Of a stretch of 64,000 nt of DNA, positions 34,935 to 47,147 are shown one piece after another. The notes below the pieces were generated by a model. It did no database searches. It saw nothing but the letters and a program-made list of their open reading frames with translations, and was not told the origin of the DNA. Each line of letters starts with the position of its first letter. Position 1 is the stretch's first letter. Source of the stretch: Hemiscyllium ocellatum (Eukaryota); assembly GCF_020745735.1 (NCBI RefSeq), contig NC_083435.1, forward strand, positions 28,581,231 through 28,645,230. Direction: 5' to 3'. Made by a program: the position numbers and the translations under genes.

Positions 34935-35620
34935 AGAAACATGGAAAATAGCAGCAGGAGTAGGCCATTCAGCCCATCAGGACCGGCCATGTTATTCAAT
35001 ATGATCATGGCTGGTCATTCAACTCAGTACTCTGGTCCCACTTTCTCCCATAACCTGTGATTTCTTTCGTGCTAACGCTATATATAACCCCTCAAAAGCA
35101 TTTCGTTTATTGGCCTTAGCCATCTCCTGTGGCAGAAAATTCTACAAGCTCACCACTCTCTGAATGAAGAAGTATCACATCTGCACAATTCTAAATGGTC
35201 TATCCCATATTCTTTGAGCATGAACCATGCTTCTGAATGCTCTGGTCATCAGGAATATCCTTCTTCTATTTTCCCTGTCTAGTCGTGTTATTATTTCGTA
35301 GGTTTCTACACGATCCAACCCACTAGCCCATTCTTCTCAACCCCAATAAATGTAACTCTAGCTAAATCAGTCTCTCTTCAAACATTTTTCCAACATTCGA
35401 GGAATCAGTTTGCTAAAGCTTTGATACAATCCCTCTACAGCCAAAGCATCTGTCATCAGTTAACATCAAAACTGGACTCCGTATCAAATGTGATCTTACC
35501 AAGTCCCTGGACAATTGCAGTGAAGCATCTCTGCTCCTGTACGAAAATCGTCACTCTATGACGGCCAACATATCATTTACCTTATTCTCTACCTCCTGCA
35601 CCTCATACCCCTCACGCTGT
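34935..35620 (-). mobile_element. Degraded CR1 LINE 3' fragment
   Basis: Tail gtagaaacatggaaaatagcagcaggagtaggccattcagccc and CR1 body remnants. Confidence 0.7.
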
Positions 35621-36392
35621 CACCACTGGGAAAACCTTTCCTTAGATTATCACTGTTCAGTATCTCACTCCCTGTGGTCTAACACCTTTGATCATCAATG
35701 TGTAGGGAGTTTCCCTCCACAGGGAAAGTTATAACGGGGTGGTAGCAGAGATAGCAGACTAGTTAAATCTTCGCCATGCACAACACAAACAACAAACTGT
35801 TGAGGAGTAAACTGCAACTGAGCAATAATTTCTGTCAATACGCCACTTAACCTTTGCAGCCTGCTCCACTATTCATTAAGATCATGATTTTTAATCCAAA
35901 GCTGTCTCCTGTTCATACATTCTCCCTTCGATCCCTTTAGACATAAGAAATTTATCTAATTTCTTCTTGAGCAGTTTCAGTGGGTTTTTTTCCCCTTCAT
36001 CTACTTTCTGTGGTAAAGAATTTCACAGGCTACGTAATCTTTGAGGCAAGTGATTTCTCCGATCTCAGTTTGACATGGTCTGCTCTGTAATTTTACAGGG
36101 GTAATTCTAAATGTCTTTCATTTTTTAATATGTTTGATAATACAGTGAACAGCGCTGCGTGCAGTATGTAAGCATGATCTAACTAAAGTTTGGTACAAGT
36201 TTGGCATAACGTTCTGACAATTCAACCCGAGTACTCTGTTTGAAGTGGAATGTCCAGTTCCTTTTTATTAACAATAATGCTACTACCGACTCTGCACTTC
36301 CTCGAGGTCAGCCGGATTGTATGCAGATTAAAAATTTTTTCAACTACTTCCTATATGATGCAAGATAACTGGTGTTTTTGTGGATCTTTTTG

Positions 36393-36746
36393 AGAATAGA
36401 ATAGAATTCCTACCATGTGGAATCAGGCCAATCAGCACAATGAGTCCACTCGAACCTTCCAAAGAGAATTACAACATTACCCTTGCAACCATGGATATGA
36501 TAATCCTTGTAATTCTCTGGCTAACACATCTAAGCTACACAACTCTGGACAATATGGGCAATTTTGCATGGCCAATCCACGTAACTTACGCATCTTTGGA
36601 ATGTGGGAGGAAACCTGAGCACCTGGAGCAAACCCACGCAGACAAGGGGAAAATGTGCAAATTCCACACAAATATTCGTCAAGGGTAGACTCAAAACTGG
36701 ATCCCTGGCATTGTGAGGCAGCAGTGCTAACCACAGAGCCACCATG
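36393..36746 (-). mobile_element. HE1-type SINE
   Basis: Reverse-strand HE1 core and head; (ATTCT)n tail at the left end. Confidence 0.85.
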
Positions 36747-36972
36747 CTGATAATTTGTCTGATAAACTTTGGTCTTCCTTTATTTAAAGCACGTTGGCAG
36801 CCTTTTGAGTATATCGTCACATTTGAAGTATCATGGCAATCAAATTGTAAATCTAAAGCTTCCGGTCAATCAATCCAACTTTCATTCTGGGATCAGTTAT
36901 ATACAGTAATACTGTGAGCTGAGATCTGAATAAAAGCAGCTCAAACTTCAGGGATGATGGGAAGAGTTCGAG

Positions 36973-38230
36973 ACAAAAAAAGACTGCAGATGCTGGAATA
37001 CAATTAGCCAAACAGGAGACTGAAAGAACGCAGCAAACTACGTAGAATCAAGAAGTGGAGAAATCAGCATTTTGGATGTAACCCTCCTTCAGGGATAGGT
37101 GTGACTATAAGAGGATCTGCAAATAAAAGGGGGTGGGGAAGGGTATTTGTTGGGGAGAGCAGAACAGTCATGAGGTTGGTATGGGCGAACACAGGTAAAA
37201 GATATGACTGCTTGGTCAATGCAAAGACTGATTCTAGTTGGTAGCTGGAAGGAAGGGTCGATCAGAGGAATGGAAGGGTAGAGGATGGGCTAGAGAAGGA
37301 GTTGGTGGATGGTTAGGAAGGCTACTTGAAATTAGAGAACTCAATGTTATGTTGTCCGGGCTGTAGACTGCCCAGGTGGAAGATGAGTTGCTCTTTCTTC
37401 AATTTGAGGCCTGATTCACTGTGGAAATGGAAGAGGCTGAGGATGGTCATGTTGGAGAAGTGGGAGGGGATCTAAAATGGATGGTGACTAGAGTTTCAGG
37501 TCGACTCTTGCAAGTCCGGCTGAGATGCTCTGCGAAACGTGCCCTGAGTTTAACTTTGCTCTGTCCAATGCAGAGAAGACCATTTCAGGAGCACTGATGA
37601 CAGCAAACGAGATTGCAGAAGAGGCAAATTAACCTCTGTCTCACCTGGAAGGACTGTTCAGGGCCCTGGAGAGAGAGGTGAGAGAGGTGGTGTGGGAGGC
37701 TTTGCATCTTTTATGGTTGCAAGGAGTACTACCTGAGGGTTCGGGGTGTTGATGGGGAGAATGGTGTAAATCAAGGATTGGCGAAGGGAATTGTCATTGC
37801 CAATGGAGGCGGGAGGGGAAGATATTCTTGGTGATGAGTTATCTTTGGAGTTGATAGAAGGATAAAGGATAATAAGTTGCATGTGGAAACTGGTGTGGTG
37901 GTAGCTGAGGACAAGGGGACCCAGTCTTTATTGAGTTTGGAAAGCAGGTTTGTTTAGAGCGGTGGAATGGAGAATGGATGAGGTGTGAGGGAGGGCTGTC
38001 TCGATGACAGAGTGGGAAAAGTACATTGTTCAAAATAAGTGGACATCTGGGATGCTTGTGAGTGAAATATCTCCTTGTCTGAGAAGACACGGTGGAGGCA
38101 GAGGAGTTGGGAAAATGGGATGGCGTTCTTGTAGGATATTGGGTGGGAGGAGGTGTAGTGCAGGTAGTTACGGGAAGAGATAAGCTGTTCAATGGTGAAT
38201 CTTTCACTCCTTCACGCAAATTTCTCAATT
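36973..38230 (-). mobile_element. Penelope-like element 3' portion: decayed GIY-YIG endonuclease region plus pseudo-LTR
   Basis: Manual minus-strand translation QSFQVRQRLICLFCNLVCCHQCS*NGLLCIGQSKVKLRARFAEHL (about 37520-37660) matches PLE GIY-YIG; the pLTR at 36973-37100 contains a decayed CTGAAGGA-GGGT TAC ATCC-AAAA core. Confidence 0.75.
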
Positions 38231-38999
38231 TACTCCATTTGTTAGAGGTAGATGCAGGAGGATATTAAGATCCGAGCACCTCTCTTGACATCAATAAAAT
38301 CTGGACTTAAAATCTACATTTTAGTGCCCGATCTTTAGGTCACATTACTTCCCTAAGTATCTAACAATCTATCAAAACTCTGTCTTGAACATGCTCAATA
38401 ACTGAACATCTTCATCTCCCTGAAATCGTGAACTCCAATATTTCTCACTGTATTGATTGAAGTTGTTTCTCCCCAGTTCATTTGAGAATGGATGACCATT
38501 TACCCTTTGACTATGATCGCATGGTTTGAATTCCTGAATCAGAGGAATTACATATTTTTAAGCAGATCAGGAATCAAGGATTATGGGAATAAGGCAGGAA
38601 AGTGAAGTTAAAAATTTTCAGATCAAGCTAGGATCTCATTTAATGGAGGAGAAGACTCAATGGCCTGATTGGCTATCTTCGGCTCCTACATCTCATATTT
38701 GTATTAAGGTCATAAGGTTTGCTGAAGGACATTTCTTTCCTTCGTCTTCTTATCATTCACCACGATTGACTCATTGGAAATGAGTTTTATTTATTATTAT
38801 TTCTAAACCTGATCAAAGTTCAAATATTGTTGGATAAATGTGATATTATTTCTCGTTTTGACACATGTGCTTCTGTGGCACCTAAACTAGGTTGGATATC
38901 CACAGTTTGAAAACGACCTGCTTCAATACTCATTTAATTGAGCCACCCTTTTAATTCGGCTTATGGTGCCTATTCTGAAGAGTTGAAAATTGAGATTTA

Positions 39000-39900
39000 T
39001 ACTAATGATGAGTAATCTGCATAAACGGGCAGTTGGGAAATGATGATCTGACTCAATGTTGTCAGCATGGATTTGAAAATGGGAAAGCATCATTGACAAA
39101 TCTGTTTCCCAGTCTGATTCCTGAAGTGTTTGGACTAAATTGGCTAGGATTATATTCTCTGGAGTTTAGAAGAATGAGGAAGGGCTGTACAGAAATCTAT
39201 AGAATTGTGAGAAGACCAAATAGGGTTTATTAATGATGGGTGCTCCCAGGATTGGGAAGTACAGAGACAGAGGGCATAGTGTACGGATATGGGTGGGCCA
39301 TTGAGGACTGAGGTAAGAACAATTGTCTTTGCCCAGGCAGTGGTGAGCGTATGGAATTTTCTGTGACAGAAGGTAGTTGAGAACAAAATATTGGATGTTT
39401 TTAAGAAGGAGCTAGATATAGACCTTAGGCCTGACAAGATCAAAAGGTATGGGGGAAAATGGAAACAGGGGACTGAATTAGGTGATTAGTCAAAATCATA
39501 CTGACAGTCTGAATGTCCTTCACCTATTCTCAATTTTGGAAGTTTTGTTTGGCAGAATGGACATTGTACATTTTGAATTTCTGAAGGTTTTTGTTGAGGT
39601 TCTGCATAGGAGATTAGTTACCATGTGAAAGCCCATGGGATGGGAAGTAATGCAGTGACATGGACACTTAACTGCCTTACAAAAAGTAAGCCGAAGTGGA
39701 TATTCCTTGTGTTGGCAGATTGTGACTAGTCCGGTGTAGAGACATAGAGTCATATAATATGGAAACAGATCCTTTTGTCCAACTAATCCCCGCCAAACGT
39801 GTTCACAAACTAAAGTAGTCCCACCTACCTGCATTTGTCCCACATCATTTCAAAACTTCACCATTCATGTACTTGTCAAAATGTATCTGAAGTGTCACCA
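39000..39900. mobile_element. Cluster of CR1 fragments (plus 39000-39480, minus 39480-39900)
   Basis: CQHGFENGKASLTNL and LGLYSLEFRRMR motifs; reverse CR1 tail. Confidence 0.7.
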
Positions 39901-41496
39901 CTGTAACTGCAAGCATTACCGTTTCAGGACAATTGACGGCAATGTTAGTCTGAAAGTCAGCAAGTCTCAGGTAAAGGGTGAGTATCAGAAGGCAGAAGCT
40001 TAATGGTGATCTCAACCAATAAAGGAATAGAAACTTTATTGCCATTTTAACTCTATGTTGTAAACTAGCTTTCCAGAAGGTAACCAACTCCCCATCCCAC
40101 TTCGATCCCCAAAACACTTCCCATTCCCCCCCCCCCCCCCCCGAAATAAAGTAGCGTTAACGGTTCTCCATCACAGTGGCAGTAGTAAGTGAACACTTCA
40201 GAATGATGCAACTAATCAAAACTTCCTCAATAGTGCTTTACAATCCACAAACTCTACAACTTTGAGAAAGGCAGCAGATACATGGGAACACGAAGGCATG
40301 TATAGTTTGCTCCAAGTCCCACAGTAACTATATCTACATTCCTTCACTGTCACTGAATCATAACTCCTCCTTGCCTTTGTGGATGTCTCTGCATCTCATT
40401 CAACAAAATAGCTAAAGGCAGCCACTCTTCTTTTCTATGGCAATTAGAAAGGGGCACGAAATGTTGGCTTAGACAGTGATGTGCACATCCTGTGAATGAA
40501 TAAAAGAAAAACATTCCACAGTCCCAAAGATTCTTTTTATTATACGTTGGTTGAGTACAAAAGCGACACTTTGGACCATTGAGTCTGCACTAGTAAAAAT
40601 ATACTCAAAATCAATCATTTTTGATTTGATTTGTGATTGTTTTATAAGTATTTTTGTTTTGATTTATGGTTAATTTATATGTATGGCCTTGGCTTCTGTG
40701 TTCTCTGGTTTCATACCAATGGAAGTTTCTGTGTCCACCTCCAACCACCTTAATTTCTTTAAAGGTTTTACGATGTAACCTTCCAACCTTCTCTTGTCAG
40801 CGAAGAGAGCTTCACCTCAGTCAACACTTCCAATTGGAGCTAAACTCTTAATTCTGTTATCATCATTATCATACTGTTCTTGCATTGTCATCATTGTCTG
40901 TGTGGTACCTTTCGTCAGTCTTAAACACCAAATTATTCTCAGTCTACTAATGACTTTCCATTTGTAGTCATTTTGTCTCTGTAGCAGTCCCAACAGAATC
41001 AATGGAAGATAAAGGATTGGATTTGGAGAATGACGAAGGGTGCGGGGGGACGCAACTGAGGAGAAAAAAAGATTATTTTGTGGACGTGCGTCGTGAGGGC
41101 ATGTTGTGCATAGGGTCCTTTTAAAAAAGTTACTTAATTTACAAAGAAGTCTCAATTCAAAACCACTGTTGTTTATCCTCAGGAGGTGAGTCTTGCTGGA
41201 AAGACCAGGAATTATTGTTTCCTCACAATTGCTTCTTACAATGATGGAAATCAGGCTTTCATTTTGTGTTTGCCACTGGCTAACTTGCAATTATCATCCC
41301 ACTTCTAATTTCCAAGATCAGCTGTATTCAGTGTGGTGACATTACACCTGCATTGCTGTTAGGGTGGAGAGTGCCTTTGAAATAATTTCTGCATGAAAGA
41401 CTTTGGAGGCAAATGTTATTTCAGGGACTTTCACAGGGACTAGTGCGTGCTCCACAATTATTCAGTTCTCAAAACTTTCTTCTTGCAGATGATGCC

Positions 41497-42332
41497 AATG
41501 ATAATTCTGTCCCTTCAACAAGGCTACTTTGCCCTTGATTTTTTCTGCTGGTCGGTTCATAAATTCAGAAGTTCTAATATGTTAAGGTTTAACTACTTGA
41601 AGAAGCTTTTAAATGTGTTTGCTTAAAACACCTGTACAATAAAAGGGCAGTGGCCAGTTCTCCCAGTTCAGAGTTTGGCCTGATTTGGTTTCAGCAAGCT
41701 GTTTTTGTTGGCAGTTGCTGGTCAAGTTTTACCTGGGAGCAAATAAAACTTCTCTCTGACATCTCTCCTGTAAGAACCTATGTTTGCTTTTACGTTTTTT
41801 GTCAAGAAGATGTTTCTGGCGATGTTGCAAGTATTTAGAACAACATTATTAAGTTGTGATTTGGAGGAGCCGGTGTTGGACTTGAGTGTATGAAGTTAAT
41901 AATCACACCACACCAGTTTATAGTCCAACAGTTTTATTTTGAAACATTGGTTTTCGGAGCTGTAATGTAAAACTTTACTATAAATTCTGTGTCTTATAAT
42001 CACATACTCCACAACCACTTGATGAAGGAGCACCACGCTGAAAACTGGTGCTTCCAAGTAAACCTGCTCGACTATAATATGGTATGGTGTGATTTGTAAC
42101 ATCATTAAGTTGCGTTTTCGTGTTGGTTATGTTGTCAAATAGTTATGACATTCTAAATTCGATATTCTTTTGTATATCTGTAAAAAAAAATCTGTTTGTT
42201 TAAAACTGAGTGATTTGGCAACTGCGTCACTGCTGGAATAAACACTTTTCACGTGCTTAAAACAACTAGAAAATTTAGGGTCTGGACTGCCTTCTTGAAA
42301 TATTTTGATGGGGTTTGACCTGGTCCATGACA
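41497..42332 (+). mobile_element. LTR of the same family as 21702-22353, interrupted by a Penelope-derived insertion
   Basis: Matching blocks caacaagg, gtacaat, tggccagttctcccagttca, gctggtcaagtttt, agggtctgg; ends ..tggtccatgaCA at 42332. Start is approximate. Confidence 0.75.
41857..42097. mobile_element. Palindromic Penelope pLTR-derived insertion flanked by a 12-15-bp TSD
   Basis: Inverted arms; aacattattaagttg (41842-41856) and aacatcattaagttg (42098-42112). Confidence 0.7.
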
Positions 42333-43544
42333 TATCAGACCTGTTCAATTTAGCCAGCAATTTCTATTTTCAGATTTCCAGCATTTGCAGTTCTTTGGTT
42401 TATTTGATCATAACTAATTCCCTTTATTCCCCCAAATCCTCTCTATTGTTATAACCTTCCCAGCTCTATCTTCCTTCACATGTGTCTAACCTTCCTTAAA
42501 CCTTCCATTTCTCCCAATCTGTAATCTGTGCAGTACATGTCACCATACTGCCACCAACAGTGCTGTGACAAAATCGACCTCTAGGATTTGATACAGTGAA
42601 GTGGTTTGTACCCAAAGTGAAATGGTGCATGTCTTGGAGGGGAACGTGCAATTGGGATGTTCCAATGCATCTTCTGTTTAACTTACGAAGTGATAGAGTT
42701 CAATAATTTGGAAGGTGCCAACAGAGCCGGGATTAATTTTTGAATACGTCTCATACTTGGTACATGTACTGCCTTTGCATATCCATAATGGAGGGACTGA
42801 ATATTAAATGTGATAGACGGCATGCTAATCATATGGAATGCTTTAATCTGGGTGATGCCAAGGTTCTCAAATGTTGTTAAAGTGCATCCATCCAGGCAAC
42901 TGAACAGCTTTAAATACACGGCTGACTTGTGTCCTGTAGATGGTGGACATGCTTTGAGGAGGAAGGGAGTTTCATTCCATGGTGATGGGTTCGCAGCCTC
43001 TGGCCTGTTTTTCTGGCTACAGAATACATATGGAGAGTCCAGTTCAGTTCGCGATTAAGCTGGGCATTTAGCTGCCTGGATCATAAAGTTCAGAATTGTA
43101 CCTAAACCTCTCCACCTGCATCTCTCTATATTTTCATCTATGTGTCTCTGCATCCCTGTCTTTGTCACTGTCTCTCTTGCTCTCTCACTCTGTCAACCTT
43201 TACTTTCACTTTTAAAATCTTAGTCATTCAGCAAGCGTTGACTCAGTTTTCCTTGCTTTTCCTTTGAAGTTCTGTTTGATGTAAAATAATCCCTTCTGCA
43301 TGGGTAGTTTATAATGTTAGCATTAGATAATTGTTACTTCACCAAACAGGATCATTCATAGGATAATGAGGAAATCTTTCGCGAGTGGAGCTGTTTATAC
43401 TGTGCATAAAGGTCACGGCTCATGATCAGCTTGGAGAACTTGATTTTCTGGCCCTCGTTTTAAATTCCACAGTTCTTCTGCTCGAAGTCAATAAAATAGA
43501 TTACCATGGTTAGACTCTTCGCTTGTCTCAGGAGAGAGAACTGA

Positions 43545-44350
43545 TGTTGGAAGGTTTACAGAAGTGAGGCGTAGAATATGCAAAGAGAAAACTCATCACC
43601 ATTACTAGTTGTAGAAAGCAGGGAGGAACTCGGCCAGGACCAAACAAGAAGCGCAAGTTGAGGTATCAAACATTTCATCCTGTATCACCCTGGTCACAGC
43701 CTCTGACCTCGCATTGTAAAAGTACAGATTTGAGACGGTCCAGGGAATCCTTTGTAGACGAAACCTGTAAGCCTCTCTTGGCTCGTCTCAGAAGTCATAC
43801 TTTTTGTTAATCTGGAATAAAAAAAACACTTACAGACAGTTTAGTTTAATTTTAGTTATCCCCTTTATTTACCAATAGCATCACTGTTACAACATAACAC
43901 TGATATCTTTTAGCTAAACTAACTAGGTTCTAATAACCCAGGAGAGTATGATATTGCTCTTCCTTTAAGATACCTCGCAGGCTACTCTGCTGTACTGTCA
44001 CAAAGTGGCTTCCTTTTTGCAAAATGTTCACAATTCACTGCATGTTCATAATTGAACAGATAACTGTGAGAGAAAACAATTCGTAACGAAAATAAGTCAA
44101 TTGACAGATCTGTGTGCGCTTCACTGATCACTCCGACTGGCCTTGAGATATCCCTCAGGTGGGAAAAACAACTCTAGAAGAGTTAGGGGTCTGCTGGCAA
44201 GCTAGGTTCCTATAAAGAAGTACCAGTCTAAATTAAGTGAGAGGTGTCATAAGGTATTCTTGCACAGCTCGCATGTCTGAAACAATTGTTTTATAAAATG
44301 GACTCTTAGCAAGGAGGGCAAACTCTTGACCATAAAATGCCTTCCCAACA
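43545..44350. mobile_element. Candidate solo LTR or non-autonomous element with short terminal inverted repeats
   Basis: Starts TGTTGGAAGG and ends CCTTCCCAACA; no convincing TSD. Confidence 0.4.
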
Positions 44351-44795
44351 GATTGTGTCAGAATCTCTTCAATGTAAGGTTTAGAATAAGTTTAAGCTGG
44401 GAGCAGAGTCCTGCTTTTTATCTTCGCACAGAATCATTTTGTACCTGAGGCTGAGATGTTACTGTTTAGTTGCATTTAAACTGATGCATTAGTCTTGAGT
44501 TAAACATGCTTTCTTTTCAAGGTTGTGATTCAAATTCGAATAAGGCATAAGATCTGATTCGATAGAATTGGCAGTGGGGCAGACTGTAAGGATTATAGAG
44601 TGGTCTGCAAGAACAGCAAGTAAGTTAAAGCTTCATTAAAGCTACCTTTCACAGAGTTTGCATTTCATAATCAGCTATGGCTACTCAAAATCATCATAAA
44701 ATCCCCAATGTGCAATTAATTTCAATCCACAGCAAGTAAGCACCGAGAGTTTAATTTTGTACTGGCTTCGGCAGTCCCAGTACTAAAATTCACGC

Positions 44796-44858
44796 TCTCT
44801 CTCTCTCTCTGTCTCGCTCTGTCTGTCTGTCTGTCTCTCTCTCTCTATCTATCTCTCT
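44796..44858. repeat. (TC)n/(TGTC)n microsatellite
   Basis: Direct inspection. Confidence 0.85.
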
Positions 44859-45664
44859 CGTGTTCTTCTGTACTCTCAAGTCAGGCACTTGTAACAGAAA
44901 CGATGTTTTTCCTTTTGTGTCTGCCGAGACTAAAGGGTGACAAGAATCCATTATAATTGATGGGACCTGACTGTTAATTGCAAGGCCTTTGAAGATATCG
45001 AATTTCGGTTCGAGGTCAGAATCAAACACTGTCATTAATTTCACATGGAACAGCCGTGAATGTTATCAAATGGTGTCCTGTTTATACGGATTCACTGATG
45101 TAAAGGAAAAAATTCTTAAATGCCTTAGAACATCCTGTTATCACTTGGGTAGAACAGATGATTTTACCTTCTGCATAACTTGGGTTCTCCCTTTATTTGG
45201 CCTTACCCTCTCTGACTTTAGGCTTATTTTCTAGTGTGCAAGAAATGTGTTCTATAATTCATTGCTACATTGTATTCTTAGTGTTTAAGGACAAGTTTAA
45301 GGCTACAGACTTTTTCAGCATCACGCCCTCCATCACCAGAAGAATTAAACATAAAACTAAGGATGTTATTTTCCCATTTTATAGAGCAGCAAAATCTTGA
45401 ATAATTAGGGCAAGATGATACACATCTTGAATAATTAGGGCAAGAATACTTGTCTTATTTAAGAAAAGACATAAATGCATCGTTTGACTCTTCAAAGCTG
45501 GTTTTGTACATTCATATTTGGAATAAATATGTTGTCTTAAGAGGAAAGTTGGGGGTGACTGGGCATCTCTTCATTGGAGTAGAGAAACGTGAGGGGTGAC
45601 TTCATCAAACTGTGTTGAGTCCTGAATATCCTAAGAGAATGAAATCCCTCAGCCCCACAGCCCA

Positions 45665-45770
45665 CAAACCCCATTGCTGATGGAGGGCGTATGCCCAAAA
45701 GGTCGATTCTCCTGGTCCTCGGATGCTGCCTGCTCTGCTGTACTTTTCCAGCACCACACTCTCAACTCGT
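45665..45770 (+). mobile_element. Penelope pLTR-derived repeat with decayed hammerhead core
   Basis: CTGATGG-A-GGGC GTAT GCCC-AAAA-GGTC-GATT followed by cctcggatgctgcctg, as at 29470-29565. Confidence 0.7.
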
Positions 45771-47147
45771 AAATATCCTTGTCGTGGATGTGGAAAGAAA
45801 GTAACCTCTTGTGAGGCAGTCCAGAATTAGGGAAACCCAACTTTAAAACACTAAATGTCACATTTTGTGGGAAGAGATGGGAGAAATCTTCCCTTTACAT
45901 CACGATGTAACTCTAGAATATTTCATTGGAAAAAATGTGAAAGTTGAGTCAATGCTCAATTGCTTTTCAAGCGATCACAAATATGTTCTTGTTAGGCAGT
46001 GGAAAAATCTTATTGTGCTATTTTGGAATGTAGAATTTGGAACACAAATAGATGAGCCATGATATTGTTCCATGGCTGAAGGATCTCCTTCTACTATTTC
46101 ATATGTTAATGTAAGTTCCTTTGCTGTACTTGTGCGGACATAAACGCACTTCCTAACAGAGAGGGAGGTGGGGTGGGAATAGAATTAGAATTAATTTTAT
46201 TGTCACACGTTCTGACATGAGTGCAGTGAAACATTCACAAATGTGCCACTTATGGTGAAAACTTTGTTACCAATTACCTAAATGCAAAATCTTCGGAAAA
46301 ATATTGAAATATAAAAAAAAGTCAGCGTTTCAAGCAATTCACGCTCGTCCTTGCCTCTTGATGTCACCAGGCCTTGCCTCTTGATGTCGCCAGGCCTTGC
46401 CTCCAAAATTCGCCAGGACGTCGCACCCTTAAGGTGCTGAACTCAAACATATGCTGAACAAAGGATGCAGCTCTGCTCTGCACGGGAAGTTCTGCCGTAG
46501 ACGACAACCAACTGAGCATCAAACGCAAATGATGACCTATCTACTCAAACTGTCGGCATACTGCAGGGCATCAAGCTCCTCCATAGAATAGGGCCTACCA
46601 AATTATGAGTTCAGGCTCCAAGCCTGCGGAAGCCACGAGTCTTTGAGAAGCACTGCAACTACTGATGCTGATACACTGCCGACAATGTTCATGTTTCTGA
46701 ACAATGTCGGAAGGTGAAAGAAAAGAGAAAGAGCCAGATGGAGAGACACAGACAGATGGACAGATAGAGACAGAAAGTGAAGAATGCGACCAGCAAAAAG
46801 CATATGGGCATAAGCCCTTAACAGTCCCTACAATGCGAGTGCTGTGAAAAACAGATGAGAGAATGAAATAGAGGCACCTTCAGTTAACTATCATCAAAAA
46901 TAAATTCAAATAACTGCACTTTATTGACACAAGTGATTTTATACATACATATTCCTCTTTACCATTGAACAGATATTTTGTTTTCTGTGGATTAGAAATA
47001 ATTAGCAAGGAGATGAGACTGCAGTCACTCCTTTTCACCATTCCCTTAAATGGGAGCTCAGACCTTCCCCTCCAAAATCCCCACTACTCATGTTGCCTGA
47101 CCGCAATCCTCCCTCGCAATCCCCACTCTACTAACACTGCTCAAGTT

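Noticed and set aside
8672-36746. tRNA genes suggested by A/B boxes
   Set aside because: All are heads of SINEs that continue into SINE body sequence, with no complete cloverleaf.
40127-40142. Poly-C run
   Set aside because: Isolated homopolymer with no associated structure.
44753-44790. Small hairpin AATTTTGTACTGG...CCAGTACTAAAATT
   Set aside because: A single short AT-rich stem with no family or functional context.
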